64,000 nucleotides of DNA from Steroidobacteraceae bacterium (GTDB lineage: Bacteria; Pseudomonadota; Gammaproteobacteria; Steroidobacterales; Steroidobacteraceae). Under the pieces are notes generated by a model, which was not told the origin of the DNA, ran no database searches, and saw nothing but the letters and a program-made list of their open reading frames with translations. Positions within the stretch are counted from its first letter, which is position 1; every line of letters begins with the position of its first letter. Shown one piece after another: positions 45,633-55,709 of this stretch. Location of the stretch: contig DATAYO010000046.1 of NCBI GenBank assembly GCA_036272515.1, positions 1,627 to 65,626 on the forward strand, written 5' to 3'. The translations under genes and the position numbers were made by a program.

Positions 45633-45637
45633 GCCCC

Positions 45638-47122
45638 ATGCGCGGCAAGGCTGGCTCGATGCTCAAGACCCTGGTGCTGCTCGGCGCGGTGAGCCTGGCG
45701 GGCTGTGTGCTGCCGCCGAAAGAGTCGCCGCATCCGCGCGAGCTCGCGAGCGAGGAGGTCGGATTGACCGGTGCGGCGGCCGAGCCCGCGGCGGACGGCT
45801 GGTGGGAGTCGTTCAATGACCAGCAGCTCGACCGGCTGATCCGGTTGGGGCTGAAGGACAGCCCGACGCTGGCGCAGGCCCAGACGCGGGTCAGCGCGGC
45901 GCTCGCGCAGACCGAGTCCGCGCGCGCGGCGCTGCGGCCGAACGCCAACTTCGACGCCAGCGCCCTCTATCAGCGCGCGCCGAACGACTACCTGATTCCG
46001 CCGCCGCTCGCCGGTCACACCTTCTGGATGGGACAGGCGGGCGCAACCCTCGGCTGGGATCTGGATTTCTTCGGCCGGCAGGCGCAGGCGGTACATCGCG
46101 CGCAGGACCTCGCCCAGTCTGCGCGCCTCGACGTGGAGGATGCGCGGCTGATGCTCGCCAGCGCGATCACGCAGGCTTACATCGAGCTCTATCGTGAGAA
46201 CGCGCTCGCCGACATCGCCCACCGTTCGGAGCTGCAGCGCCAGAACATCGTCGACATCACCCGCCGCCGGGTGGCCGCGGGACTCGACACGCAGCTCGAG
46301 ATCCGCGAGGCGGAAGGCGAGCTGCCGCAGGCCCGCGTGGCGCGCACCCAGGCGCAGGCGGCCGCGCAGCTCGCGGTGCACGAGCTCGCCACCCTGAGCG
46401 GCCAGGGCGCCGAAAGCTACCCGTCGATCGTGCGGCCGGCGCTCAAGGTGGACGCGGCCCTGCCGGTGCCGAGCGATCTGCCCATCAACCTGCTCGCGCG
46501 GCGCCCGGACGTGCTGTCGGCGCGATCGCAGGTGGCGGCCGCCGACGCGCAGCGCCTGGCCTCGAAGGCAGCCTTCTATCCGGACGTGAACCTCAAGGGG
46601 CTCGCGGGCATCGGCGCGTTCGGCATGAGCAATCTGGTGCAGTGGAGCGCCCGCGGCTTCGGCGCCGGTCCTTTCATCTCGCTGCCGCTGTTCGACGGCG
46701 GACGCCTGCGCGCCGAGTACCGCGGCAGCGAGGCGCAACTCGACTCGGCCATCGACGGCTACAACGACACGGTGCTGCACGCGGTCGAGCAGACCGCCGA
46801 CCAGATCACGCGCATCGACGCGCTGGCGCGCGAGCGCATCGATCAGCAGCAGACGCTCGATGCGACCGAGGCCGCCTACAAGCTCGCCGAGGAGCGTTAC
46901 CGGGCCGGCCTCGCGAGCTATCTGTCGGTGCTCAATGCCGAGACGCAAGTGCTCGCCGCGCGCCAAACGATGGTGGACATCGTCGCGAGCCAGGCGGTCG
47001 CGCGGGTCACGCTGCTCGTGGCCGTCGGCGGCAGCTTCGATCCCCGCCCCACCGGCACGGTTGCCGGGCGGCATCACCCTGACATTTCTTCTCAAGATCT
47101 TTTGACGCGAGCCAAGCCATGA
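45638..47122 (+). CDS. Efflux outer-membrane lipoprotein, NodT/OprM family
   Basis: Lipobox LLGAVSLAGC. WWESFNDQQLDRLI. Two OEP repeats. ATGA overlap with the next gene. Confidence 0.9.
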   Translation: MRGKAGSMLKTLVLLGAVSLAGCVLPPKESPHPRELASEEVGLTGAAAEPAADGWWESFNDQQLDRLIRLGLKDSPTLAQAQTRVSAALAQTESARAALRPNANFDASALYQRAPNDYLIPPPLAGHTFWMGQAGATLGWDLDFFGRQAQAVHRAQDLAQSARLDVEDARLMLASAITQAYIELYRENALADIAHRSELQRQNIVDITRRRVAAGLDTQLEIREAEGELPQARVARTQAQAAAQLAVHELATLSGQGAESYPSIVRPALKVDAALPVPSDLPINLLARRPDVLSARSQVAAADAQRLASKAAFYPDVNLKGLAGIGAFGMSNLVQWSARGFGAGPFISLPLFDGGRLRAEYRGSEAQLDSAIDGYNDTVLHAVEQTADQITRIDALARERIDQQQTLDATEAAYKLAEERYRAGLASYLSVLNAETQVLAARQTMVDIVASQAVARVTLLVAVGGSFDPRPTGTVAGRHHPDISSQDLLTRAKP

Positions 47123-48582
47123 ACACGCCAGAATCCTCGAACTCACCGGAATCCTCGAAGACACCGGCGAACTCGCCGGCGAACACGCCGGCCGCCGCGC
47201 CGACCGCCGGACCTCGGGCGGCCGCCTCGCCGAACCGCGCCCGGCGCGCCGGACTCCTCGCAGTCGGCGCCGCGGTGGTGCTCGGCGCCGTGGGCTACGG
47301 GGCCTACTGGTTCTTCGATGGACGCTATTACGAGTCCACCGACGATGCCTACGTCGACGGCGATGTGGTGCAAGTCACCAGTGAGGTTCCCGGGACGGTG
47401 CTGTCCCTGAACGTCGATGATACCCAGCGGGTGCACGCCGGGCAGCCGTTGCTCGAGCTCGATCCCGCGGATGCAAAAATCGCCGTGGCCAATGCCGAGG
47501 CGGATCTCGCCCGCGCCGTTCGCCAGGTGCGCGGCCTGTTCGCGCAAAGCCGCGAATTGCGCGCGCAGATCGAGCAGCGCGAACAGGCGGAGCGCACCGC
47601 CGATGAGGACCTGACGCGCCGTGGCGGACTTCTCAAGGACGGTGCCATCTCGGCGGAGGAGCTCTCGCACGCGCGCGATGCCGTTACCACCACGCGCGCG
47701 AACGTCGCAGCCGCCCAGCAGCAGCTGGACCAGACGGTGGCCCAGATCGACGGCACGACCATCGCGGATCATCCGCAGGTGCTCGCAGCCGCGGCGGCTG
47801 TGCGCAACGCCGAGCTCGCGTTGCATCGCACCGAGCTCATCTCGCCGGTCACCGGTGAGATCGCCAAGCGATCGGTGGAAGTCGGACAGCGCGTCGCGGC
47901 GGGCACGCCGCTACTCGCCGTGGTGCCGCTCGACGATGTCTGGATCGATGCGAACTTCAAGGAAGTGCAGCTGAAGCGCATGCGCGCCGGTCAGCCGGTG
48001 ACCGTGAGCACCGACCTGTACGGGCACAGCGTCACCTACCACGGCCACGTGGTCGGCATTGCGGCCGGCAGCGGCAGCGCGTTTGCACTGCTGCCGGCGC
48101 AGAATGCCTCGGGCAACTGGATCAAGATCGTGCAGCGCGTGCCGGTGCGGATTCTGCTGGATCCGGCCGAGCTCGAGGCGCATCCCTTGAGGGTCGGTCT
48201 GTCGACCTCGGTGCGCGTCGACCTGCACGACACGTCGGGTCCGCTGATGAGCACGGCGGTACGCAACGTGGCGTTGCCCAAGGAGCGGAGCGCCGGCGAT
48301 GATCCGGCGGTCACTGCGCGCATCGACGCCATCATCGCGGAGAACGCCGGTCCGAAGGCGAATGAGCCGGCTCACCTGAGCCGCAACGCCCGCCACGGCA
48401 ACACCCGCAACCGGGACGAGGACGCGAGCGCTCGCGAGCTCGATCAGGCCCGCGCGGACGCCACCCGCGCGGATGCCACTCGCGGGGATGCGCCGGCGGA
48501 TGCCCAGAGCGACATCGAGGGCGGCGGCGATCTCGACGTCAGGCGCCACGGCGCCGGCGCATTGGCGGCCGAAAGCCCGTGA
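47119..48582 (+). CDS. HlyD/EmrA-type membrane fusion protein
   Basis: YESTDDAYVDGDVVQVTSEVPGTVLSLNVDDTQRVHAGQPLLELD..., coiled-coil region, ...GNWIKIVQRVPVRI. Low-complexity N- and C-terminal tails with short tandem repeats. Confidence 0.9.
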   Translation: MNTPESSNSPESSKTPANSPANTPAAAPTAGPRAAASPNRARRAGLLAVGAAVVLGAVGYGAYWFFDGRYYESTDDAYVDGDVVQVTSEVPGTVLSLNVDDTQRVHAGQPLLELDPADAKIAVANAEADLARAVRQVRGLFAQSRELRAQIEQREQAERTADEDLTRRGGLLKDGAISAEELSHARDAVTTTRANVAAAQQQLDQTVAQIDGTTIADHPQVLAAAAAVRNAELALHRTELISPVTGEIAKRSVEVGQRVAAGTPLLAVVPLDDVWIDANFKEVQLKRMRAGQPVTVSTDLYGHSVTYHGHVVGIAAGSGSAFALLPAQNASGNWIKIVQRVPVRILLDPAELEAHPLRVGLSTSVRVDLHDTSGPLMSTAVRNVALPKERSAGDDPAVTARIDAIIAENAGPKANEPAHLSRNARHGNTRNRDEDASARELDQARADATRADATRGDAPADAQSDIEGGGDLDVRRHGAGALAAESP

Positions 48583-50135
48583 GCGCGACCGCCTCGAGCG
48601 CCGTTCCGGCGCCGGAGCTCGCCGGCGCCACCAAGGCCTTGACGGCCGTGGCCCTGGCGCTGGGCACGTTCATGCAGGTGCTCGACACCTCCATCGCGAA
48701 CGTGTCCATCCCGACCATCAGCGGGGATCTCGGGGTGAGCTCGGATCAGGGAACCTGGGTGATCACCTCGTTCGCGGTGGCGAACGGCGTCTCGGTGCCG
48801 TTGACCGGCTGGCTGATGCAGCGGTTCGGTGTGGTGCGCACCTTCGTGCTCTCCGTCGCCCTGTTCACGATCGCATCGCTCCTCTGCGGTCTCGCCTGGA
48901 GCCTGCCCTCGCTGATCGCGTTTCGCGTGCTGCAGGGCGCGGTGTCGGGACCGATGATTCCCGGCAGCCAGGCGCTGCTCATCAACGTGTTCGGATCGGC
49001 GAAGCGCCACACGGCGCTCACCATCTGGTCGCTGACCACGCTGATCGCGCCGATCGCGGGTCCCGTGCTCGGCGGCTATATCTCGGACAACTACGTGTGG
49101 CCGTGGATCTTCCTGATCAACGTGCCGGTGGGGATCGTCTGCACGTTCGTGTGCTGGACCAATCTCAAGTCGCAGGAGACGCCGACGCGCAAGCTCCCGA
49201 TCGATCGCGTCGGTCTGTTGCTGCTGTTCGTGTGGGTGGGCGCGCTGCAGATCATGCTCGACAAGGGCAAGGATCTCGACTGGTTCAATTCGCCGGTCAT
49301 CGTGGCGCTGTTGCTGGTGACCGTGATCGCGTTCGCCGCCTGGCTCATCTGGACTCTCACCGAAAAGCATCCGGTCGTCGATCTGAGCCTGCTCAAGGGG
49401 CGCAGCTTCACCCTCGGCACGGTGGCGATGTGCCTCGGGTATGCGGTGTTCTTCGGCAACATCGTGCTGATGCCGCTGTGGCTGCAGAGCTACCTCGGAT
49501 ACACCGCCACCTGGGCGGGCCTGGTCTCGGCACCGAGCGGCGTGACCGCGGTGATCACCTCGATGTTCGTCGGGCGGCTGATGCGCCGCTACGATCCGCG
49601 CGTGCTCGTGGCCTCGGCCTTCGGCTTCTACGCGGTCTCCTACTTCATGCGCGCCGGGCTCACGGTGGACGCAAACTTCTTCGCGTTCGTGGCACCCCAG
49701 CTGGTGCAAGGCTTCGCGATGGGCTTGTTCTTCGTGGCGTTGCTCGCGGTGATCTTCGACGGGCTGCCGCCGGAGAAGATCCCCGCCGCCTCGGGCCTGA
49801 CGAACTTCATGCGCATCACGGCGGCCAGCTTCGCCACGTCGCTGACCACGACCTTCTGGGAACGGCGCGCGACCTTGCATCAGACCCACCTCGCGGACAC
49901 GATCAGCGTCTACTCGCCCGCCTATCAGCAGTCGCTCGCGCAACTGCACCAGTTCGGTCTCACCGATCAGGGCGCCGCGGGCGCGATGACGCAGGCCCTG
50001 GTGGGCCAGAGCTATCTGCTGTCCTCGCTCGATCTCTTCTATCTGTCCGGATGGCTGAGCGTGCTGCTGATCCCGCTGTGCTTCCTGGTGCGGCGCCCGT
50101 CCGTGAACGGCGCGGTGGCGGCGGCCGCGGACTAG
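48579..50135 (+). CDS. DHA2-family (EmrB/QacA-type) MFS efflux permease
   Basis: GTGA overlap with the preceding gene. FMQVLDTSIANVSIPTISGDLG...WVITSFAVANGVSVPLTGWL. Length and hydrophobicity pattern fit a 14-TM protein. Confidence 0.9.
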   Translation: MSATASSAVPAPELAGATKALTAVALALGTFMQVLDTSIANVSIPTISGDLGVSSDQGTWVITSFAVANGVSVPLTGWLMQRFGVVRTFVLSVALFTIASLLCGLAWSLPSLIAFRVLQGAVSGPMIPGSQALLINVFGSAKRHTALTIWSLTTLIAPIAGPVLGGYISDNYVWPWIFLINVPVGIVCTFVCWTNLKSQETPTRKLPIDRVGLLLLFVWVGALQIMLDKGKDLDWFNSPVIVALLLVTVIAFAAWLIWTLTEKHPVVDLSLLKGRSFTLGTVAMCLGYAVFFGNIVLMPLWLQSYLGYTATWAGLVSAPSGVTAVITSMFVGRLMRRYDPRVLVASAFGFYAVSYFMRAGLTVDANFFAFVAPQLVQGFAMGLFFVALLAVIFDGLPPEKIPAASGLTNFMRITAASFATSLTTTFWERRATLHQTHLADTISVYSPAYQQSLAQLHQFGLTDQGAAGAMTQALVGQSYLLSSLDLFYLSGWLSVLLIPLCFLVRRPSVNGAVAAAAD

Positions 50136-50180
50136 AAATAGAACATCCGCCATCCTCGCGGCCCGGCATGCCGCATGGCC

Positions 50181-50258
50181 TTGACTAATGACTCGTATAC
50201 AAGATATATGGATATAAGCTACACGTATATAAGTCACTCGTAGGTAGACCACTTATAG
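50181..50258 (+). promoter_or_regulatory. AT-rich promoter/operator region upstream of the marR-DUF2000 pair
   Basis: TTGACT (50181-50186), then an 18-nt spacer to TATATG. Repeated CGTATA(C/T)AAG boxes. Inverted repeat TATAAGT (50227-50233) / ACTTATA (50251-50257) just before ATG 50266. Confidence 0.35.
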
Positions 50259-50265
50259 GCAAGCC

Positions 50266-50685
50266 ATGGAGCGGATTGAAGACTGCATTTCGTTCGTGAT
50301 CGGCAAGGCGGCCCAGCAGATTGCCCGGCGTGCCAGGGAGAAGCTTGCCGTGCATGGTGTGACGCCTATCCAGTACGCGATCCTCAAGGTGCTCGGGCAG
50401 CAGGACGGCCAGAGCGGGGCGGAGCTGGGAGCTCGGCTGGTGATGGACAGCGCGACAATGACGGGAGTCATCGATCGCCTCCAGGCGTCGGGCTTGCTGG
50501 AAAGGCAGGCAGATGCCGATGACAGACGCATTCAGCGCCTGTTCGTTACCGAGCAGGGAAGGTTGCTCCAAAAGCCCATGGATGCCGCGATGGATCAGCT
50601 GAACGATGAAGTGACGCGGAACTTGGGTGAGCAAGGAGAGGTTTTTTGGCATGCGCTCCGCCGACTCGGCGAAAATAGGGGTTGA
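50266..50685 (+). CDS. MarR family transcriptional regulator
   Basis: ISFVIGKAAQQIARRAREKLAVHGVTPIQYAILKVL...MTGVIDRLQASGLLERQADADDRRIQRLFVTEQG. Confidence 0.85.
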   Translation: MERIEDCISFVIGKAAQQIARRAREKLAVHGVTPIQYAILKVLGQQDGQSGAELGARLVMDSATMTGVIDRLQASGLLERQADADDRRIQRLFVTEQGRLLQKPMDAAMDQLNDEVTRNLGEQGEVFWHALRRLGENRG

Positions 50686-50692
50686 GGTCATC

Positions 50693-51100
50693 ATGTTCAA
50701 CACGAAGATCGCCATCGTCGTTCGCGAGGACTTGGCGACGTGGCAAAAGTTGAACGTGACGGCCTTCCTGACCAGCGGCGTGGTCGGTGCGACCCCTGGG
50801 CTTCTGGGCGAACGGTACGAAGATGCAGCCGGCAACACCTATAACTCACTGGTGATCCAACCGATCATCGTACTGAGTGCCGACGCCGAGACGATCCAGG
50901 CGATTTACGGTCGTGCGATGGAATTTGGTGCTCGCCTCTCGCTTTATATCGAGGAGATGTTCTCTACCGGGCACGACGCCGCGAACCGGGCCGCCGTCAA
51001 ACAGTATGAGCCTGCCTCGATGAACGTCGTGGGTCTCGCCCTGCGTGAGGACAGGAAGCTAGTCGACAAGATCACCAAGGGCGCCCGGATGCACGCTTGA
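50693..51100 (+). CDS. DUF2000 domain-containing protein
   Basis: ATG 50693 is preceded by GAGGT, 7 nt after the MarR stop. MFNTKIAIVVREDLATWQKLNVTAFLTSGV... fits the DUF2000 pattern as I recall it. Confidence 0.7.
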   Translation: MFNTKIAIVVREDLATWQKLNVTAFLTSGVVGATPGLLGERYEDAAGNTYNSLVIQPIIVLSADAETIQAIYGRAMEFGARLSLYIEEMFSTGHDAANRAAVKQYEPASMNVVGLALREDRKLVDKITKGARMHA

Positions 51101-51118
51101 TCACGGACGTGGTCTTAC

Positions 51119-53986
51119 TTATAGGGTAGGAGCGCGAGCCTCCAGGCATCGCGCCATTGCCTCACGCAGTTCGCGCATCTTCGGGGGCTTGCCGAGCACT
51201 CGATCCACATGCGACGGAATGTCCCCATCTGCCACGAGTCGCTGCCCCCACCCGGTCAGCATCAGGACAATCGTGTCCGGGGCCGCCGTCTTGACGGCGC
51301 TCGACACCTTGCGGCCGTCCACGTAGGGCATGCCGAGGTCGGTAATAACGATAGGAAACGGCACGCCCCGCTTCCGCGCATCGAGGAAGGCATCGATGCC
51401 CGCCTGGCCGCCATCCGTGGACGTCACAGTGTGACCGTCCGCTTCCAGAGCATCGCGCAACGACTTGAGGACCAGAGGATCATCGTCCACGATCAGTATG
51501 CGCTGCGGTGGGATCGCAGCGATCGGAATGAACCGTGCGCCGCCGAGTGGAGGTGCCGCGGGTATCGGGAACCTGAGGCGTACTGTGGCGCCCTTGCCTA
51601 GTTCACTCTCGATGTCAATGTCGGCGCTATGACGCTGCATGGTGCCGTATACCATTGCAAGTCCGAGACCGGTGCCCCGCTCACCTTTGGTGGTAAAAAA
51701 GGGCTCCAGACATCTGCGCCGCGTGTCCTCGTCCATGCCGATTCCGGCATCCACTACTTCGAGCTGCATGAATTGGGGAGTCCCGGAGTCGGACGCTGCG
51801 GCGCGCGCGACGCTCGTCCGCAATATCAGCGGACCGCCGGCAGGCATGGCATCGACCGCGTTGAAGATCAGATTGGTGAGTGCCTCACGGATTTCATTGT
51901 CGGCGCCCATGATCATGGGCAGGTCCGCTCCCAGCTCGGTGCGCATCTCGATGGAAATGCCACGCCGCTGCGCCATGTCGCTCCACCGGGCACGCGTCAG
52001 CTCCACGACCTGCCGCACGAGGCTGTTCATGTCCACGGGCAGAAGAGACAGCTGTGGTTCGCGCTGCCGATAAAACTCGCGCATGCGAGACACGGTGCGT
52101 GCCACGTCATCGATGGCGCGCTGGATCGTCTCGAGATAGCCGCGTGTTCGAGGACTCAGATCGGGTTCCTTCTCCAGCAGCGACTCGGTGTAGAGCGCCA
52201 CGGGAGAGATTGCATTGTTGATATCGTGCGCGATGCCGCTTGCCATCTGGCCCAAGGCGAGCAGACGTTCCTGCTGCATGACGGCCTTTTGGGTTTGGCG
52301 CAGGTCATCGTAGGCCTGTTGCAGGGCGCCATAAAGTTGCGCCTGGTGGGCTGCCAGCGCGACGTGCTCGCTCGATTGCCTCAAGAACTCGCATTCGCCG
52401 CTGCTGAAGCTGCGCGACTGCTGGCGGGCGGCGATCAGGACGCCGAACACTTTGCTTTCGACCAGGAGCGGAGCGGCGACCATCGACCGTAACCCGCCTC
52501 CCGCCAGACGCTGGGGAAACGGGAACGCCACTTGCGCGATATCCGGCTCGTAAATCAACCGGCCGCGCACGCATTGCGACAATCCGTTCTGATCGATCTC
52601 GACACGAGAGTCTTGCGTCATCGCAAGCTGCATTGCCAGCGTTTGACTACGAACGCCCACGCTTGTGACCGTCAGGACGTTGTCGGCCGGCTCATAGAGA
52701 CAGATACAGCAGAAGTCCACCGGCAGATGTTGCTCGAGCGTTCGGATCACGACCTGAAAAATGCTTTGGATGTCCTGACGCTCGCCGATGGCCCGGGTAA
52801 CCTGGTGCAGCAGATTCAACCGCGCCAGCTGGGCCTGCAGCTTCTCCTCTGCCAGTTTGCGGTCGGTGATGTCACGGGCGATTTTGGATGCGCCGGTGAT
52901 AATGCCTTCGCTGTCGCGAATGGGCGAGATCGTGACGGAGACATCGATTTTTCGTCCATCCTTTCCAATCCGTTCCGTCTCGAAATGATCGGTGATCTCA
53001 CCGCGCGCGATTCGCGCCAGAATGGCGGGCTCCTCGCTTGAACGCTCGGGCGGAATCAGCAGCATCATCGGCTTACCCAATACCTCCGCCGCGGAATAAC
53101 CGAAGAGCTTTTCAGCGCCCGGGTTCCAACTGGTGATGATGCCGTTGAGATCCTTGCTGACGATCGCATCGTCGGAGAACTCAATGATGGAGGCCTGGCG
53201 GGCGAGCTGTAGAGTGCGTTGATGAACGCGCCCCTCGAGTTGATTGTTCGCCTCGCGCAATGCCCGCTCGGCCCGAGATCGGCCGGCAAACTCCCGGCGG
53301 ATCGCCCATAGCGCCATTACCACGATGCCGCAGGCGAGGAGGCCGCCGCCCAGAATGATCAATTGAGCCAGGGTGGAGCTGCGATGAGCGGAGCGTTCAC
53401 GCTCAGCGAGCAAGGATGTCTCCGTTCCCTGCATCTCATCGATCAGGCCGCGGATCTGATCGTGGAACCGCTCGCCCTTTCCCTTGAGAATCTCATTCTT
53501 CGCCGCTTCGAAACCCATGTCTCGCCGCAGATCCAGGACCGAACGCAAGTTGGCCAAGCGCGCCGTCGCCAGCGCCACCACGGAGCCGAGCCGCTGCAGC
53601 TGGTCGGGTCTGTCCGCCATCAACCGATGGAGCTGCGTCGCTTCGACCTCGACGAGCTGTGCAGACCGTCCGTAGGGTTCGAGGTAGCTCTCATCGCCGG
53701 TGATCACATACCCGCGTTCGGCGGTCTCCGAATCAGTTACTGCCGCCACCAATGACTGCAGCCGGTTGAGAACCTCGTGAGTGTGATCAACCCATGCCGC
53801 CTTCTCGTTCAGGCGCACCACACTCAAATAGGAGATCGCCCCGACGATTAGCAAGCAAGCGAGCGCCAAAAGGAAGCCGAATCGAACTCTTCGCTCCATG
53901 GAGCTCAACTCTCCGTCGAGCGATTCGCTGGCAGCGCCGGTAAACACGGGAGATTGCGTTATTTTTCTCTCGGCGGCGTTGTCCAT
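51119..53986 (-). CDS. Hybrid sensor histidine kinase (CHASE3 - HAMP-like - PAS - GAF - HisKA - HATPase - receiver)
   Basis: CHASE3-type AAWVDHTHEVLNRLQSLVAAVTDSETAERGYVITGDESYLEPY. PAS DAIVSKDLNGIITSWNPGAEKLFGY. H-box MASGIAHDINNAISP. GTGLGLAMVYG. Receiver ILIVDDD...TDLGMPYVDG. Confidence 0.9.
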   Translation of the reverse strand: MDNAAERKITQSPVFTGAASESLDGELSSMERRVRFGFLLALACLLIVGAISYLSVVRLNEKAAWVDHTHEVLNRLQSLVAAVTDSETAERGYVITGDESYLEPYGRSAQLVEVEATQLHRLMADRPDQLQRLGSVVALATARLANLRSVLDLRRDMGFEAAKNEILKGKGERFHDQIRGLIDEMQGTETSLLAERERSAHRSSTLAQLIILGGGLLACGIVVMALWAIRREFAGRSRAERALREANNQLEGRVHQRTLQLARQASIIEFSDDAIVSKDLNGIITSWNPGAEKLFGYSAAEVLGKPMMLLIPPERSSEEPAILARIARGEITDHFETERIGKDGRKIDVSVTISPIRDSEGIITGASKIARDITDRKLAEEKLQAQLARLNLLHQVTRAIGERQDIQSIFQVVIRTLEQHLPVDFCCICLYEPADNVLTVTSVGVRSQTLAMQLAMTQDSRVEIDQNGLSQCVRGRLIYEPDIAQVAFPFPQRLAGGGLRSMVAAPLLVESKVFGVLIAARQQSRSFSSGECEFLRQSSEHVALAAHQAQLYGALQQAYDDLRQTQKAVMQQERLLALGQMASGIAHDINNAISPVALYTESLLEKEPDLSPRTRGYLETIQRAIDDVARTVSRMREFYRQREPQLSLLPVDMNSLVRQVVELTRARWSDMAQRRGISIEMRTELGADLPMIMGADNEIREALTNLIFNAVDAMPAGGPLILRTSVARAAASDSGTPQFMQLEVVDAGIGMDEDTRRRCLEPFFTTKGERGTGLGLAMVYGTMQRHSADIDIESELGKGATVRLRFPIPAAPPLGGARFIPIAAIPPQRILIVDDDPLVLKSLRDALEADGHTVTSTDGGQAGIDAFLDARKRGVPFPIVITDLGMPYVDGRKVSSAVKTAAPDTIVLMLTGWGQRLVADGDIPSHVDRVLGKPPKMRELREAMARCLEARAPTL

Positions 53987-54101
53987 AATATGCTTGCGAA
54001 TCCCCTCGTGTCAGAAACCCGCGACGCGGGCTTGGGTGAAAGGACTAATGTCACGCACCGGACTCCCTGTCTGTAAGAACCGGGTGCCGGCGGAATTATG
54101 A

Positions 54102-54338
54102 GTGAGCCGAAATTGGGAGACTGCCTGCGGCAGTAGGCCATGCGTTCTAATGCGCTGTTCACGACCTCGTACACTAGCACACCCTGAGAGGACATCGGCA
54201 CTCGCCGACACGGTGCTGCGCAAGGACGGCGGGATTTCGGTCACTGAGTTCGCGAAGGTGCTCAACGTCTCGCGGGTCGCACCGTTGCGGGTCTTGGCGC
54301 CGCAGCGCCGGCGTTGGAGGCGATCGGAAGCAATTTGA
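54102..54338 (+). pseudogene. Degraded HigA/XRE-type antitoxin-like HTH remnant
   Basis: In the lower-GC gap between 53986 and 54432, the frame reads AHPERTSALADTVLRKDGGISVTEFAKVLNVSRVAPLRVLA. This resembles the HigA pattern HPGE...LS..ELAKALGVSR..LSRVLNG. The frame then ends prematurely, and a second frame continues AAAPALEAIGSN. No credible start codon. Confidence 0.3.
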
Positions 54339-54431
54339 AGGAGGACAGGTTTATCGGCGAGGAGCGTGCGCGGTTCACGTACCGGTGCTCGCACCGTCCA
54401 CCTAAAGTGCCCGCACCATCAGCGAGCCATC

Positions 54432-55697
54432 ATGACCGCATCTCCGTCCCGCTCCGCCGCATCACTGCGCGTCGCCGTCATCGGCGCCGGAATTTTCGGC
54501 TGCAGCGCCGCTTATCATCTGCTCAAGGCCGGCGTGGGCAACGTGAGCCTGATCGATGCGGTGCGCGCCGGCGGCGGCACCAGTGGTGCGGGTGCGGGCT
54601 TCGTGTCGCACTGGTCCGCCGGCTTTCTCGAGCATTTCGGCAGCGAGGGCATTGCGCTTCAGCAATACGGGCTCGAGTTCTATCGAATGCTGGCCGGCGC
54701 CGGGACCGAGATCGGCTACCGCCAGAAAGGCACGCTACAGCTCGCGCTGACCGCGGACGGCTATGAGCGCTTCGTGCGGCCGGTGCTCGACTCGCCGCTC
54801 GCGCCGGCCGGCGTGCGGCGGCTGTCGGCGGACGAGGTGGCGGGCACGATGGCCGGTCTGGTCGACGCCCGCGCGGTGCATGCGGCCGTGCTCAATCCGC
54901 ACGGCATTCAGGTGGAGACCGGTCTCGCCACCACCGTCCTCGCGGAGCAGGTGCGCGCGCTCGGCGGCTCGTTGCACTTCGGCGCCCGGGTGATCGGCAT
55001 CGAGGAGCGCGGCTCCGAGGTGCAGATCGACACCCAGGCGGCACGCTTCGTTGCGGATCTGGTGGTCATCGCGGCCGGTGCCTGGAGCAACGAATTACTC
55101 ACCACGATCGGCTGGCAGATGCCGCTGTATCGCATGCTGGCGACCCGCATCGTGACGGACGATCGCGGATTGGCCTCGCACTTCCCGACCGTGCAATGCC
55201 GTGAGCTCAGGCTCTGGTTGCGCGAGAGCTTCGGCGCGGTCACCTATGGCACGGTCGCGGGCTACGCGCCGTTGCATCGGTGGCTCGCACCCGGCGAATC
55301 GCTCGAGCCCGGGCAGCTGCACCGTCCCGAGCTGTTCGAGGCGCTGGTCCAGCAACAGAGCGCCCTCGAGCGCATCTTCCCGCCGCTTCGCGGGGCCTCC
55401 ATCGCCACCTGGACCCAGGGGGTTCCTTGCTATACGCCCGATCAGCAGCTGATCTGCGGGCGCATTCCCGATCATCCCTTGCTGTTCGTCATGGGCGCAG
55501 ACAATGAGACCGGCGTGACCCACGGTCCCGGGCTCGGACGACTGGTCGCCGAGCTGGCGCTCGAGCGCACGCCCTTCGTCGATCCCGGGCGCATGCACCC
55601 GGGACGGTTCGCGCCGGATGCCTATCCGACCGAGACGTCGGTGGAAACGGCGCTGGCGGCCTCGCTGGTGGTGTCCTCGACCCGCGGCGGCGGCTGA
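54432..55697 (+). CDS. FAD-dependent oxidoreductase (DAO/sarcosine-oxidase-beta-like)
   Basis: LRVAVIGAGIFGCSAAYHLLKAG dinucleotide-binding site. 421 aa from ATG 54432. Confidence 0.85.
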   Translation: MTASPSRSAASLRVAVIGAGIFGCSAAYHLLKAGVGNVSLIDAVRAGGGTSGAGAGFVSHWSAGFLEHFGSEGIALQQYGLEFYRMLAGAGTEIGYRQKGTLQLALTADGYERFVRPVLDSPLAPAGVRRLSADEVAGTMAGLVDARAVHAAVLNPHGIQVETGLATTVLAEQVRALGGSLHFGARVIGIEERGSEVQIDTQAARFVADLVVIAAGAWSNELLTTIGWQMPLYRMLATRIVTDDRGLASHFPTVQCRELRLWLRESFGAVTYGTVAGYAPLHRWLAPGESLEPGQLHRPELFEALVQQQSALERIFPPLRGASIATWTQGVPCYTPDQQLICGRIPDHPLLFVMGADNETGVTHGPGLGRLVAELALERTPFVDPGRMHPGRFAPDAYPTETSVETALAASLVVSSTRGGG

Positions 55698-55709
55698 GCG
55701 GCACGGCCT

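Noticed and set aside
53898-54101. A HigB-like toxin remnant upstream of the higA-like fragment.
   Set aside because: Only very short, frame-split resemblances are present (VKGLMSRTG, NW...). This is too weak to annotate; it is mentioned only in the finding.
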